64,000 bases of DNA, taken from assembly GCA_963820525.1 (NCBI GenBank), contig CAWGAA010000003.1, positions 672,001 to 736,000 of the forward strand, given 5' to 3'. Position 1 is the stretch's first letter. Every line of letters starts with the position of its first letter. A model generated the notes under the pieces. That model ran no database searches and was not told where the DNA came from. It worked only from the letters and a program-made list of their open reading frames with translations. Of this stretch, positions 46,375 through 57,137 are shown in pieces. Source of the stretch: an uncultured Spirochaetota bacterium (GTDB lineage: Bacteria > Spirochaetota > Spirochaetia > SZUA-6 > Fen-1364). A program made the translations under genes and the position numbers.

Positions 46375-47867
46375 ATGGTAGATCTGAAGAAGCGCGAAGT
46401 GTGGTTCGTCACGGGCAGCCAGCATCTGTACGGCAATGAGGTCCTCGCGAAAGTTGCCGATCATTCCCGACAGATCGCGGAGGGCTTTTCCCGGTCCCCC
46501 AAGATTCCCGTGCAGGTCGTGTTCAAGCCAGTCGTGACGACGCCGGACGCCATCCGCGAGCTGTGCCTCCAGGCCAATGCCGCCAAGAGCTGCGTCGGCC
46601 TTGTCGCGTGGATGCACACCTTCTCCCCGGCAAAGATGTGGATCGCCGGGCTCACCGCCCTTTCCAAGCCTTTCGTGCACCTGCACACCCAGTTCAACCG
46701 GGACATCCCCTGGTCGGGAATCGACATGGACTTCATGAACTTGAACCAGTCCGCCCACGGCGACCGCGAGTTCGGCTTCATGGCGAGCCGCCTGCGCCTG
46801 GAGCGCAAGGTCATCGTCGGCTTCTGGCAGGACGCGGACGTCATCGACGAGCTGGCCGTGTGGACCCGAGCGGCATGCGCGTGGGACGACTCGCGGGGAC
46901 TGAAGATCGCGCGATTCGGAGACAACATGCGCGAGGTCGCCGTGACGGAGGGCGACAAGGTGGAAGCCCAGATCCGCTTCGGCTACTCCGTAAGCGGCTA
47001 CGGCCTGGGAGACCTTGTGAAGCGCGTCGACGCGATCGGCGACGCGGAGGTGGACAAGCTGGTTTCCGAATACGAGAGCCGCTACACGGTTTCCAAGGCC
47101 CTGCGCGCCGGCGGAGAGCAGAGGGAGTCCCTTCGAACAGCGGCGCGCATCGAGCTGGGCATGCGCGCCTTTCTCACGGACGGAGGATTCGGGGCCTTCA
47201 CAACGACCTTCGAGGACCTTCACGGCCTGGCGCAACTGCCGGGCCTCGCCGTGCAGAGGCTGATGGCGGACGGCTTCGGTTTCGGGGCCGAGGGAGACTG
47301 GAAGACGGCCGCGCTCGTTCGCGCCATGAAGGTGATGGGATCCGGCCTTCCCGGCGGCACGACCTTCATGGAAGACTATACCTACCACCTCGAGGGCAAG
47401 GCCATGAAAGTGCTCGGAGCCCACATGCTGGAGGTCTGCGAATCGATCGCGGACGGCAAGCCGTCCCTGGAGATCCACCCCCTCTCCATCGGCGGAAAAG
47501 AGGACCCGCGCGGCTGGTTTTCACCGCCAGGCGCGGCCCCGCCGTGAACGCGTCCATCGTCGACATGGGCAACAGGTTCCGCCTCATCGTGAACGAGGTG
47601 GACGTCGTCCCCCCCGATGCGGACCTTCCCAAGCTGCCGGTGGCACGGGCCCTCTGGGTGCCCCGGCCCAACCTCAAGACGGCCGCCGGCGCGTGGATCC
47701 TGGCGGGAGGCGCCCACCATACCGGCTACAGCCAGGCGGTGACGGCTGAGCACCTGCGCGATTTCGCAGAAATGGCGAGAATCGAGCTCCTGCTCATCGA
47801 CGGAAAGACAACCATTGCCGAGTTCCGCAAGGAGATCAGGTGGAACGACGCCGCCTACGGCCGGTAG
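46375..47867 (+). CDS. araA: L-arabinose isomerase, frameshifted at ~47505
   Basis: [57 protein letters not shown]; one added C in GACCCG restores EDPARLVF...GGAHHT. Confidence 0.95.
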
Positions 47868-47946
47868 TGAATCGCTTCTCGCTTTGAGCTATACTAGTCT
47901 GATGGGAGCATCCGCGTCTGCACTCCTCTGAAAGGAGGCCTCGGGT

Positions 47947-49791
47947 ATGAACGGGACAGGTGCAAACGGCCGCAAGAGGACTGTCCGCCTCAAGGCGAAG
48001 CTGATCGCGGCCTTCGTCGTCATCGTCTGCGTCATGGGCTTCATCTCCATCTTCACGTTCGTGACTCTGCGGCTGTCCCTCACGACATTCGACGGCATGG
48101 TCGAGGTGGTCATCCTGGCGAACGAGATCTCCGCTCTCGCGGGCACCCCCACGGTGGGAATGCCGAAGGACATCGAGCGCTACAGCATCTATCCAACGCC
48201 GGAAAACGAGAAGAACGTGAGGGACCCGATCGCCGCCCTGAAAGCGGTGGCGACCAGGCTGAAGAGCTACGTGAAGAACCCCGACAGCGCCGCGTCGCTT
48301 CTCGGCCTCCAGAACATGATCGCCTCCACGGAGGAAAACTTCGGCCTGATAAAACAGAAGCTCGAAGAGAAGGCCCCCTTCTCCGAGGTGAACGACATCA
48401 CCAACCAGGTCAAGGACACGAGCCTTTACATCTCGGACGGGATTCGAGAGTTGATCTCCCTGGAGGCGAACTACGACAAGACCGTGAAGGGAATCCTGGA
48501 CCGCAGGGCCAATACCCTGGGGATCGCCGTCATCGTGGCCGTGCTCCTGGTGAGCGCCGTGAGCATCGTCGCGGCATTCATCTTCTCCGGCAACATCGTT
48601 CGGCCCCTCGTGGACGTCGCCGACACCCTCAAGGGCATCGCCGAGGGTGAGGGTGACCTCACCACGAGGCTCGCCGTGGTGAGAAACGACGAAATCGGCC
48701 TCCTGTCGAACCACTTCAATGCGTTCCTCGAAGCCCAGAACAGGATCATCAGCCAGATCAAGGACGTGACCGGCAAGACCCGGGACATCGGCTCCGACCT
48801 CGCCTCCTCCTCCGAGGAATCCGCCACCGCCCTCGAGGAGATCTCCCGCAACATGGAGAGCATGAAGAACAAGATCAACTACCTCGATGGAGAGATATCG
48901 AAGTCCAACCGCCTGGCGGACGAGGTGAAGGGATTCATCACGCGCCTGGATTCCCTCATGGGCTCCCAGTCCTCCGCCGTGGACGAGTCCTCCGCCGAGA
49001 TCCAGGGCATGCTCTCCTCGATACGCGCGCTGGCGGCGAGCTCCGAGGCCAAGCTCGATTCATCCGTGAAGCTCAACGAGACAGCCCGCGTCGGCGAGAA
49101 GATGATGGCGGACACGATCGGGATCATCAAGAAAGTCACCGACTCCACCAGCATCATCATGGACCTGGTGAAAGTGATTGCCAACACCAACCGCCAGACC
49201 AACATCCTCGCCATGAACGCATCGATCGAGGCCGCCCACGCGGGCGGATACGGGCGGGGATTCGCCGTGGTGGCCAATGCCATCCGAAGCCTCGCGGAGA
49301 GCACGGAGAAGAGCTCGAAGGGCATCTCCAAGTCGATGAGAGACCTGGTGAGGTTCATGCAGGTGTCCCGGGAGTCCATCGAGAAGACGGGAAGCATCTT
49401 CACGGACATCGTGACGGGGGTGAGCGACTTCTCCGCCGGCATGGTGGAGATGAAAGGCGCGATGGAAGAGCTTTCCCTGGGCAGCGGGAAGATCATCGAT
49501 TCGCTCAAGGCCCTGGTGAAGGTGACCGACGAGGTGCGAAACTCCTACGCTTCGGTCAACGGGAACATCCAGTCCATCTCGAAGTCCCTCGAGCAGATCA
49601 ATCTCATCTCCAACGAGACCAAGACGGGAATGATCGAGGTCACGCAGGGGGTGGGAGAGCTGTACACCACGGCAAAGCTGGTGTCCGATACCGGCGTTCG
49701 GAACGTGGAGAACATCTCCGAGCTGGGGGAGCTCGTGGAGAAGTTCAAGGTCGAAGAGAAGACGCCGGAGCCCACGGGCGCCCAGTCCTAG
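47947..49791 (+). CDS. Methyl-accepting chemotaxis protein
   Basis: 2 TM, HAMP (GDLTTRL...DEIG), QTNILAMNASIEAAHAG..GRGFAVVA..IR.LAE. Confidence 0.93.
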   Translation: MNGTGANGRKRTVRLKAKLIAAFVVIVCVMGFISIFTFVTLRLSLTTFDGMVEVVILANEISALAGTPTVGMPKDIERYSIYPTPENEKNVRDPIAALKAVATRLKSYVKNPDSAASLLGLQNMIASTEENFGLIKQKLEEKAPFSEVNDITNQVKDTSLYISDGIRELISLEANYDKTVKGILDRRANTLGIAVIVAVLLVSAVSIVAAFIFSGNIVRPLVDVADTLKGIAEGEGDLTTRLAVVRNDEIGLLSNHFNAFLEAQNRIISQIKDVTGKTRDIGSDLASSSEESATALEEISRNMESMKNKINYLDGEISKSNRLADEVKGFITRLDSLMGSQSSAVDESSAEIQGMLSSIRALAASSEAKLDSSVKLNETARVGEKMMADTIGIIKKVTDSTSIIMDLVKVIANTNRQTNILAMNASIEAAHAGGYGRGFAVVANAIRSLAESTEKSSKGISKSMRDLVRFMQVSRESIEKTGSIFTDIVTGVSDFSAGMVEMKGAMEELSLGSGKIIDSLKALVKVTDEVRNSYASVNGNIQSISKSLEQINLISNETKTGMIEVTQGVGELYTTAKLVSDTGVRNVENISELGELVEKFKVEEKTPEPTGAQS

Positions 49792-49870
49792 TCCAGAGAC
49801 CAAGGCCGGCCCTTGCGGAAAGGCGCGATTCCTCGTACCATGGGGAAGCATCTTCCGCTGGAGAGCCGCC

Positions 49871-51643
49871 TTGCGCTATCGTAGCATCAGATTCAAGCTG
49901 CTCTACTCATTCGTCGCTGTGATCCTCCTGCCGCTCATCACCCTCGGGATCATCGGCCCATACATTGCGGCCCGGACCGTCGAGGAGGAAGCCACAAAGC
50001 ATACGGTGCAGCTCATCGGACAGGTCACGAAGAACATCGAGCTCTACATTCAGGAGATGGAAGGGATCATCTCCATCATCGTGGAAGACCCCGATGTCCA
50101 GGCCTTCTATGCGACCGACCCTGCTGCCGCCCCCTTCTCGGCGGAGCAGGCCGCAGGCGCGCACCGGCTCCTGCGGACCGTTTCCGAAGTGCATCCCCAA
50201 ATCGCCGGCCTCCTCCTGGTCAACCGGCAGGACAGATACCTCAGCAATGAAATCCAGCCGATTACCCGCGACTCCCTGCTGGACGAGCCGTGGTATCGGA
50301 AGGCCGCCGACGACATGCCCGTGGTCCAGCTCATCCCGCGCCCCGTGGGGAGAAACCTCCGCAACACCCTGGAGTTCAGCGCGGACGATGTGGTGTCCAT
50401 CGTCAAAGCGGTGGTCGACCTCAGGACCGGGCTCTGCCAGGGTGTCGTGCTCATCGACATGAAGCTGGATGTCGTGAAGAACATCTTCGCCGATATGACC
50501 GTCGGGCTGGGGGGATTCCTCTTCATCGAAGACTCGCAGGGAGAGATCGTCTACGCGCCGGTGAGCGACATCGTGTACCGCGTGCGCACGGAGTGGCTCG
50601 CCTCCCCTCTCACCAGCGAGGTGATTACCGTCCGAAGGATCAAGGGGGCGGATTACCAGATCATCGCAAAGCGGTCTGACAAGTCCAGCTGGAAAACGAT
50701 TGGGGTCTTCCCATTGAACGAGATCATGCGGCAGGTGAGCATGATCTACTACTACTCCCTCATCATCGCCGGGATCACCGTGGTCATCGCCTTCCTCGCC
50801 TCCATCTTCTTCACGGGCTCCATCGCGCGGCCCGTCATCAAGCTGCGCTCCCTGATGAAGGAGGCCGAGGAGGGCAACCTCGCGGTCCGCTACGAGGGCC
50901 GCCAGGAGGACGAGATCGGCCACCTGGGCAAGAGCTTCAACACGATGATCGAGGAGATCCAGAAGCTGATCGACATGGTGTACCGCGAGCAGCAGAGCAA
51001 ACGGGAGGCGGAACTGAAGATCCTGCAGGAGCAAATCAAGCCCCATTTCCTCTACAACACCCTGGACACAATCCAGTGGATGGCCCAGGACCACGGAGCG
51101 GACGACATCGTAAAGATCGTCGGCGCACTCACGAGCCTCTTCCGCATCGGGTTGTCCAAGGGCAAGGAGATGATCCGCGTGAGCGACGAGCTGGAGCACG
51201 TGAAGAGCTACCTCATCATCCAGAAGGCGCGCTACGAGGACAAGTTCGACTTCTCCCTTGACATTGTCGAGGAGGTACTGCCCCTCATGGTGTTGAAGCT
51301 CACCGTCCAGCCGCTGGTTGAAAACGCCATCTATCATGGGATCAAGGAGCGCCGGGGGCATGGAACCATCCGCGTCCAGGCCTTCGCGCGGGACGGAATG
51401 CTCGTGTTCCGCGTCACCGACGACGGGGTGGGCATGTCGGCTGAAAAACTCACCGCCGTGCGATCGCTTCTCTCCGCCTCCCCGTCGGGCGGCTCCGAGC
51501 GGGATGGATACGGGCTTCGAAACGTCAACGAGAGGATCCAGCTCTCGTTCGGCAGGCAATATGGGCTGCGCTTCGAGAGCGCCCCGGATACGGGCACAAC
51601 CGTGGAGATTCTCCACCCGCTGGTAGCGCCGGAGGAGCTGTAA
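49871..51643 (+). CDS. YesM/LytS-type sensor histidine kinase (Cache + HAMP)
   Basis: LQEQIKPHFLYNTL, ELEHVKSYL.IQ..RY, QPLVENAI.HG, DDGVG, GYGL.NV..RI. Confidence 0.93.
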   Translation: MRYRSIRFKLLYSFVAVILLPLITLGIIGPYIAARTVEEEATKHTVQLIGQVTKNIELYIQEMEGIISIIVEDPDVQAFYATDPAAAPFSAEQAAGAHRLLRTVSEVHPQIAGLLLVNRQDRYLSNEIQPITRDSLLDEPWYRKAADDMPVVQLIPRPVGRNLRNTLEFSADDVVSIVKAVVDLRTGLCQGVVLIDMKLDVVKNIFADMTVGLGGFLFIEDSQGEIVYAPVSDIVYRVRTEWLASPLTSEVITVRRIKGADYQIIAKRSDKSSWKTIGVFPLNEIMRQVSMIYYYSLIIAGITVVIAFLASIFFTGSIARPVIKLRSLMKEAEEGNLAVRYEGRQEDEIGHLGKSFNTMIEEIQKLIDMVYREQQSKREAELKILQEQIKPHFLYNTLDTIQWMAQDHGADDIVKIVGALTSLFRIGLSKGKEMIRVSDELEHVKSYLIIQKARYEDKFDFSLDIVEEVLPLMVLKLTVQPLVENAIYHGIKERRGHGTIRVQAFARDGMLVFRVTDDGVGMSAEKLTAVRSLLSASPSGGSERDGYGLRNVNERIQLSFGRQYGLRFESAPDTGTTVEILHPLVAPEEL

Positions 51644-51645
51644 GC

Positions 51646-52851
51646 ATGTGGAAGGTGCTGATCGCCGACGACGAGCCGAAGATCCGCAGGGGTCTTCGGA
51701 CCTCCATCGAGAGGCTGCGGCCCGACATGACTGTGGTGGCCGAGGCAGAGGACGGGGAGACCGCCCTCGCCCTGGTGAAAAAAGAGAAGCCCGACATCCT
51801 GATGATCGACATCAGGATGCCGTTCCTCAGCGGATTGGAGCTGATCGAGAAGATCAACGGGATCCACCGGGACTGCATCGTCATCGTCGTGAGCGGACAT
51901 GATGAGTTCGAGTACGCGAAGAAGGCCCTCCAGCTGAAGGTCTTCGAGTACGTCCTGAAGCCCGTGCCCCAGGACGTGCTCGCCTCCGTCCTGGAGCGGG
52001 CGGGGGCGGAGCTGGCCGGGACGCGCCGCCAGAACCAGTACATCACGTGGGCCCGCGAACAGCTGGAGAAGAACATGCCCCTCCTGCGCGAGCAGTTCCT
52101 CCGCGACTGGGTGAACGGGAGGCTTTCGCGCTCGGAGATAGACGCGCAGGCCGCTTTCCTGGGAGTCGGCAGGAGCGATCACCAGGCCATGGCCGTCGTC
52201 CACGTGGTGGAGCGCTTCCTCCAAGCGGACCTCATCCAGGAGAAGGACAGGCGCCTGGCGCTTTTCGCGGTCCGCAAGGTCGTTGAAGAATCGCTTTGCG
52301 AGCTGGAGCCGCTCTCGGTGTTCATCGATGAGCAGGAGAACATCGTGTCGATCGCCGCTTCCGCGGGAGGGCCCGCCTGGGCTGAGGCGATTTCGCGCTT
52401 GGAGTCGCAGGTGACCCAGTCCCTGGCGCACGCCATCATCGTCGCGGCCAAGCCCGTTTCAGGCGGGCCGGGCGGCATCCCGGAGACCTACGAGACGCTC
52501 GTCGCGGAGATCTCCCGTCAGAAGAGCTGCGGAAGCTTCGTTGTGCACGCCACCAGCTACATCGACGCCCATTACGCGGAGCCCGAGCTCTCCCTGGAAG
52601 AGGTCGCCGCCGAGGTCGAGATAAGCCCCGGCTACCTGAGCCGCCTGCTGAAGCAGGAGACGGGATTTTCCTTCATCGACTATCTCACCCGCGTCCGTAT
52701 CACGAAGGCCGTCCAGATCATGAATGATCCCGCCATGAAGGTCTATGAAGTGGCCGAGGCCGTCGGCTACCAGAGCCAGCACTATTTCAGCCGGGCATTC
52801 AAGCGGGTCTTCGGCCGCTCTCCCGTTGAGTACCGAAAGGGAGGGGTGTAA
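51646..52851 (+). CDS. YesN-type response regulator with AraC output domain
   Basis: ADDE, DIRMP..SG, C-terminal SPGYLSRLLKQETG and VAEAVGY.SQHYFSRAFK. Confidence 0.93.
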   Translation: MWKVLIADDEPKIRRGLRTSIERLRPDMTVVAEAEDGETALALVKKEKPDILMIDIRMPFLSGLELIEKINGIHRDCIVIVVSGHDEFEYAKKALQLKVFEYVLKPVPQDVLASVLERAGAELAGTRRQNQYITWAREQLEKNMPLLREQFLRDWVNGRLSRSEIDAQAAFLGVGRSDHQAMAVVHVVERFLQADLIQEKDRRLALFAVRKVVEESLCELEPLSVFIDEQENIVSIAASAGGPAWAEAISRLESQVTQSLAHAIIVAAKPVSGGPGGIPETYETLVAEISRQKSCGSFVVHATSYIDAHYAEPELSLEEVAAEVEISPGYLSRLLKQETGFSFIDYLTRVRITKAVQIMNDPAMKVYEVAEAVGYQSQHYFSRAFKRVFGRSPVEYRKGGV

Positions 52852-52855
52852 TCGG

Positions 52856-54724
52856 ATGAAAAACCGCGTCCTGTGGATTCTCGCCGCCGCCGTACTCTCG
52901 CTCATCGCGGTCACCTGCAAACAGGAAGGGCGTGGCGCCCCGGCCTTCGAGTTCGTGATCGGGGTTTCCCTGGCCAACCGCACCGAGCCGTGGCGGATCA
53001 ACATGAGCGAGGAGATCAAGGCGGAAGCGGCGCTCTATCCCAACCTGCGGGTGGTATTCACGGACGCGGCGGACTCAAGCAGCCGTCAGATCCAGGACGT
53101 GAACAGGCTCCTCGCCTCCGGCATAGACCTGCTCATCATCTCGCCCAGCGACGCGGAGATGCTCACCCCCGTCATCGCCCAAGCCTACCGCCAGCGGCAC
53201 ATCCCCGTCATCCTGCTGGACCGCTCGGTCATCGGCTACGATTACACCCTGTTCATCGGCCCCGACAACCGGCTGATCGGCAAGCAGGCGGGACAATACG
53301 TGGTGGAGCTCCTCGGCGGCAAGGGGGGGAAAGTCGTCGAGATCCTGGGCCGAGCCGACTCTCCGCCGGTCATGGATCGCAGCCTCGGCTTCCAGGAGGC
53401 TATTTCCCATGCTAAAAACATCACCATTGTAGGAACGATCGACGCGGATTGGCTGCGCGACAAGGCGGAGGACGATCTCACCGCGTGGTTCGAGAAGCAC
53501 GAACGGGTAGATGTCGTCTTCGCTCAGAACGACGCCATGGCGTACGGCGCATACCGGGCGGCGCAGAAGCTCGTGCGGACGGGCATCCGGTTCGTTGGCA
53601 TCGACGGCCTTCCCAACCCCCAGGGCGGCATCGAGCTGGTGAAGAGCGGAATCCTTTCCGCCACATTCACCTGCCCCACCGGGGGCAAGGAAGCGCTGAT
53701 CTACGCGATGGACATCCTGCGCCATGAGGAAGGCATCCCGAAGAAGATGTTCCTCAGAACCTCCCTGGTGACAAAGGAGACCCTTGCGAGCGGGAAAGTG
53801 TCACCCGCCACGCACGTGAGCACCGGGGAGCCGGATCGCAGAATCGTGCTCGGGTTCGCCCAGGTCGGCAAGGAGAGCGAGTGGCGCGTCGCCAACACCG
53901 CCTCCATTCAAGCCGCCGCGCGCCAGGCGGGCATCGACCTGCTCTTTGTGGACGGCGAGCAGAAGCAGGAGAACCAGATCAAGGCGATCCGTTCTTTCAT
54001 CGCAAAGAAAGTCGACATCATCGCCTTCTCGGCCGGCGTGGAGTCCGGGTGGCTGCCGGTCTTGTTGGAGGCCAAGGCGGCCGGCATCCCCGTGTTTATC
54101 ATCGACCGGCCCGTGGATGTGAAGGACGAATCGCTGTGGGTGACCTTGATGGGATCGGATTTCCTGGAGGAAGGCCGCCGAGCGGCGAACTGGCTGATCG
54201 GTTACATGGACACGACCAGGCCGGTCAACATCGTGGAGCTCCAGGGCACCATCGGGTCCGCTCCGGCCATCGACCGCAAGATCGGCTTCGAGGAGGTCCT
54301 CAAGGACCATCCAAACTACAAGATCATCCGTTCGGAAAGCGGGGATTTCTTCCGCAATATCGGGGAGCATGTCATGCGCGAGATCCTCGCAGACCTGAGG
54401 GCCAAGGGACAGACGATGGATGTGCTGTTCGCCCACAACGATGACATGGCGATCGGCGCCATCAAGGCCATCAAGGAGGCCGGGCTGCGGCCGGGCAAGG
54501 ATGTCGTCATCGTCTCGGTGGATGCGATCGGGGATGCGTTCAAGGCCATGATAGCGGGTGAATTGAATTGCTCCGTTGAATGCAGCCCATTGCTCGGCCC
54601 GCAGCTCATGAAGGCAATCAAAGATTACATGTCGGGAAAAGTGCTTCCGGTGCGCATCGTCACCTCGGAGGTGGTCTTCCCTGCGGAGGATGCGCGCAGG
54701 GAATTGCCCACCCGCAAGTACTAG
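52856..54724 (+). CDS. Tandem double periplasmic sugar-binding protein (two class I SBP domains), probable lipoprotein
   Basis: Signal ...LIAVTC; domain 1 IGVSLAN..EPWR...FAQNDAMA; domain 2 GFAQVG.ESEWR...AHNDDMA...VECSPLLGP...PTRKY (YtfQ-like). Confidence 0.88.
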   Translation: MKNRVLWILAAAVLSLIAVTCKQEGRGAPAFEFVIGVSLANRTEPWRINMSEEIKAEAALYPNLRVVFTDAADSSSRQIQDVNRLLASGIDLLIISPSDAEMLTPVIAQAYRQRHIPVILLDRSVIGYDYTLFIGPDNRLIGKQAGQYVVELLGGKGGKVVEILGRADSPPVMDRSLGFQEAISHAKNITIVGTIDADWLRDKAEDDLTAWFEKHERVDVVFAQNDAMAYGAYRAAQKLVRTGIRFVGIDGLPNPQGGIELVKSGILSATFTCPTGGKEALIYAMDILRHEEGIPKKMFLRTSLVTKETLASGKVSPATHVSTGEPDRRIVLGFAQVGKESEWRVANTASIQAAARQAGIDLLFVDGEQKQENQIKAIRSFIAKKVDIIAFSAGVESGWLPVLLEAKAAGIPVFIIDRPVDVKDESLWVTLMGSDFLEEGRRAANWLIGYMDTTRPVNIVELQGTIGSAPAIDRKIGFEEVLKDHPNYKIIRSESGDFFRNIGEHVMREILADLRAKGQTMDVLFAHNDDMAIGAIKAIKEAGLRPGKDVVIVSVDAIGDAFKAMIAGELNCSVECSPLLGPQLMKAIKDYMSGKVLPVRIVTSEVVFPAEDARRELPTRKY

Positions 54725-54824
54725 ATCTCAAACCAGACGCGAACGTGTTCTCGTCTTCTTTCCCTCCCCGGGCGCAGCGGGCTTGACGCATGCCGCAGGC
54801 AGGGGCGGTGTCATTCCCTGGATG

Positions 54825-54858
54825 AAAAGTGCACAGAAAAACCGTTCCGTCCAAAGAC
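54825..54858 (+). promoter_or_regulatory. 34-nt shared regulatory motif, copy 1
   Basis: AAAAGTGCACAGAAAAACCGTTCCGTCCAAAGAC, 19 nt before TATAAG. Confidence 0.7.
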
Positions 54859-54928
54859 GGCGCTTCAGCCAATCGGCTATAAGAAGCGAGCATGTGACGT
54901 ATTTTCTGCGGACGCCGGGAGAAAAAAC

Positions 54929-55805
54929 ATGAAGAAGTTCTTATTAACCATCGAGGCTTTGTCGTTCTGCGCGGCCGGCGCGTTCGCGGAGACGAACGCC
55001 GGTTCGCCATCCGCGGAGACTATAGTTCTCGTTCCCGGCGGGACGTTTGAAATGGGCGATACGTTCGGGGATAGGGGAGGAACTCGGACGAGGTTCCGGT
55101 GCATACTGTAACGCTAAGAAGTTTTTATATGGGAAATACTGCGTGACGTTCGACGAATATGACGCATTCTGCGACGATACGGGCCGTTCGAAACCGGAGG
55201 ACAAAAACTGGGGAAGAAGAAAGAGGCCGGTGATCCATGTAAGCTGGTACGACGCGATCGAGTACTGCAACTGGCTCAGTAAAAGGGAAGGGTTCACGCC
55301 GTTTTATCGTATGAACGGGTGCGGCATATCCGAGAACTGGTGTGCGGACGGCTACCTCCTGCCGACGGAAGCGGAATGGGAGCATGCGGTTCGGGAAGGG
55401 GGGAAGAAGGTGCGGTTCGGGAACGGGAAAGACAGAGCGGTTAATGATGCGGCGAATTTCAACGCGAGGCCGGCTTATAGGCAAAGCTACTTGGAAGAGG
55501 GCATGCATCGCTGCGAGAAATTGCCGGTCAAGCTTTTCGCCCCGAACACGCTGGGTTTGTACGATATGGCAGGAAACGTATGGCAGTGGTGCAATGACTG
55601 GCATGAAAGGGACTATTACTCGAGATCGCCTGCAGATAATCCGAAAGGAGGAAGCGGGGCAAGCGGATGTCGCGCGATTCGAGGCGGTTCCTGGGATAAT
55701 TGGACTCCGGCTATCGTCCGCGCGGCTTTTCGTTACGCGGAAGTTCCGGAGCGTGTTGACAGATTCATCACCGGTTTTCGGTTGTGCCGCGGTTTGCCTC
55801 GATAG
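54929..55805 (+). pseudogene. Exported FGE-sulfatase (SUMF1/formylglycine-generating enzyme-like) domain protein with two frameshifts
   Basis: VPGGTFEMGD in frame A; DEVPVHTVTLRSFYMG in frame B (55084-55133); KYCVT, PVIHVSWYDA, LPTEAEWE, NTLGLYDMAGNVWQW, RGGSW, GFR in frame C. Confidence 0.8.
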
Positions 55806-55857
55806 GACCGCCGAAAGTGAGTCTGCGGGTGGATTTTGTGAGCATCGAAAAGTACTT

Positions 55858-55891
55858 AAAAGTGCACAAAATAGTCTCTGAGTCTAAAGAC
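55858..55891 (+). promoter_or_regulatory. 34-nt shared regulatory motif, copy 2
   Basis: AAAAGTGCACAAAATAGTCTCTGAGTCTAAAGAC. Confidence 0.7.
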
Positions 55892-56101
55892 AGTCTAATC
55901 GCCCCTCCTCATAGTTATCTCTAGCAGAGAGGTACCTTGTGCAAAATCTACGTTGCCTTGCCGCGCTGGGCGCGGTAGAGCCGGGAAGGAGGACATATCA
56001 GCTTCCGTGAACTTCACTCAAGCCCACTTCGGCCGCAGGACCCAGCTGAGACGTGGGAGCTCTCTTATTCCGAGAAAGAAGGGGGTTCCTATTTTCGGGG
56101 C

Positions 56102-56881
56102 GTGCATGACATTTTCCCACACGCGCCTCGCAGGGCTGAGGACATCCCCAGTGGAGCCCTGGAGTCTCTCAGCGAAAGCTGTGGTATTGAAGGATTGCGC
56201 CAGGTTTTCCTCATTCCGCGGGCTGTGCGATCCATCGGATGGAGAGACCAGAAGGTGATATCCCCAAACAGTGTCCTGGCGATCGGCAGTCGGGCAGTCG
56301 GTCTCTGGACCGAGAAACCTGAGCCGGGTGTGAAGGTCATGATTCCCCTGAAGAAGCTTTCCGCTATTGAAGACGTTACGATCCTTCTCTATGGACGCTT
56401 GAGTTTTTTCTCCTTTGGTGACCGATTGACGATTCGCTACAACACACTCGCCCGCTCTGGACTCGAGCCGGCCCTGCTGGAGCTCCGCAGGCGTCTGACT
56501 GGCTCCCCCCAACCCATTCCTGGGGAGGATGATGGATCCGCGGAATTGCCTTTCAAGTGGAAACGCCTGCTGCGCAGCGCTCTCATCCGCTTGAATGAGG
56601 ACGCGTCGGTGGCCTTTCGGTTTGCGAACGCGCCGAGAAGCTCGCGCCACGATATCGAGCGCGGGCAGCTGCTCGTGCTGAACCCCCATGAGCTTGTCTA
56701 CATGTGTGACCCGGTTGAAGCATCTCACAACTATGGGGAGGATTCCTTCATCCTTCCTCGTTCACGGATCAACGCGGTGCGGGTCCGGGAGAAGAATCTG
56801 GAAGTTTTTTCCACTGGTGCCCATTTCTCGTTGTCAATGGTGTCGGAGCTCTGCGAGGCGGCGGCTCGATGGTTCGCCTGA
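56102..56881 (+). CDS. Hypothetical protein (possibly two PH-like beta domains)
   Basis: 259-aa ORF with globular composition, purine-rich upstream region; no recognised motif. Confidence 0.6.
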   Translation: MHDIFPHAPRRAEDIPSGALESLSESCGIEGLRQVFLIPRAVRSIGWRDQKVISPNSVLAIGSRAVGLWTEKPEPGVKVMIPLKKLSAIEDVTILLYGRLSFFSFGDRLTIRYNTLARSGLEPALLELRRRLTGSPQPIPGEDDGSAELPFKWKRLLRSALIRLNEDASVAFRFANAPRSSRHDIERGQLLVLNPHELVYMCDPVEASHNYGEDSFILPRSRINAVRVREKNLEVFSTGAHFSLSMVSELCEAAARWFA

Positions 56882-57137
56882 GCTAATTTTTACTATCACT
56901 ACGATACTCATTACCAACCACCTGATAAAGATCGGCCGCCCTCCCCCAGGACTGGTTTTGATGCGGGCTGGCATCTCTTCGCGTAGTCAATCGCCCCGTC
57001 GCCCATCATCCAGTCTGGCTTGGAACCGGTGCTCAGGGAAGCCAAAGCGGCGGGCGATACTGCCGACGCGGAAACACTGATACCGGCTGCGGGCCTCCGC
57101 GCGGCCCGACGCGAAGGGCGAGAACGGCTGATAGTCG

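Noticed and set aside
56040..56110. Possible c-di-AMP (ydaO) riboswitch (GCTGA...GGGGGTTCC-TATTTT-CGGGG)
   Set aside because: Only a vague 5' resemblance; the conserved 3' CCCGTCAGCTAAC part is absent. An Infernal search with RF00379 would settle it
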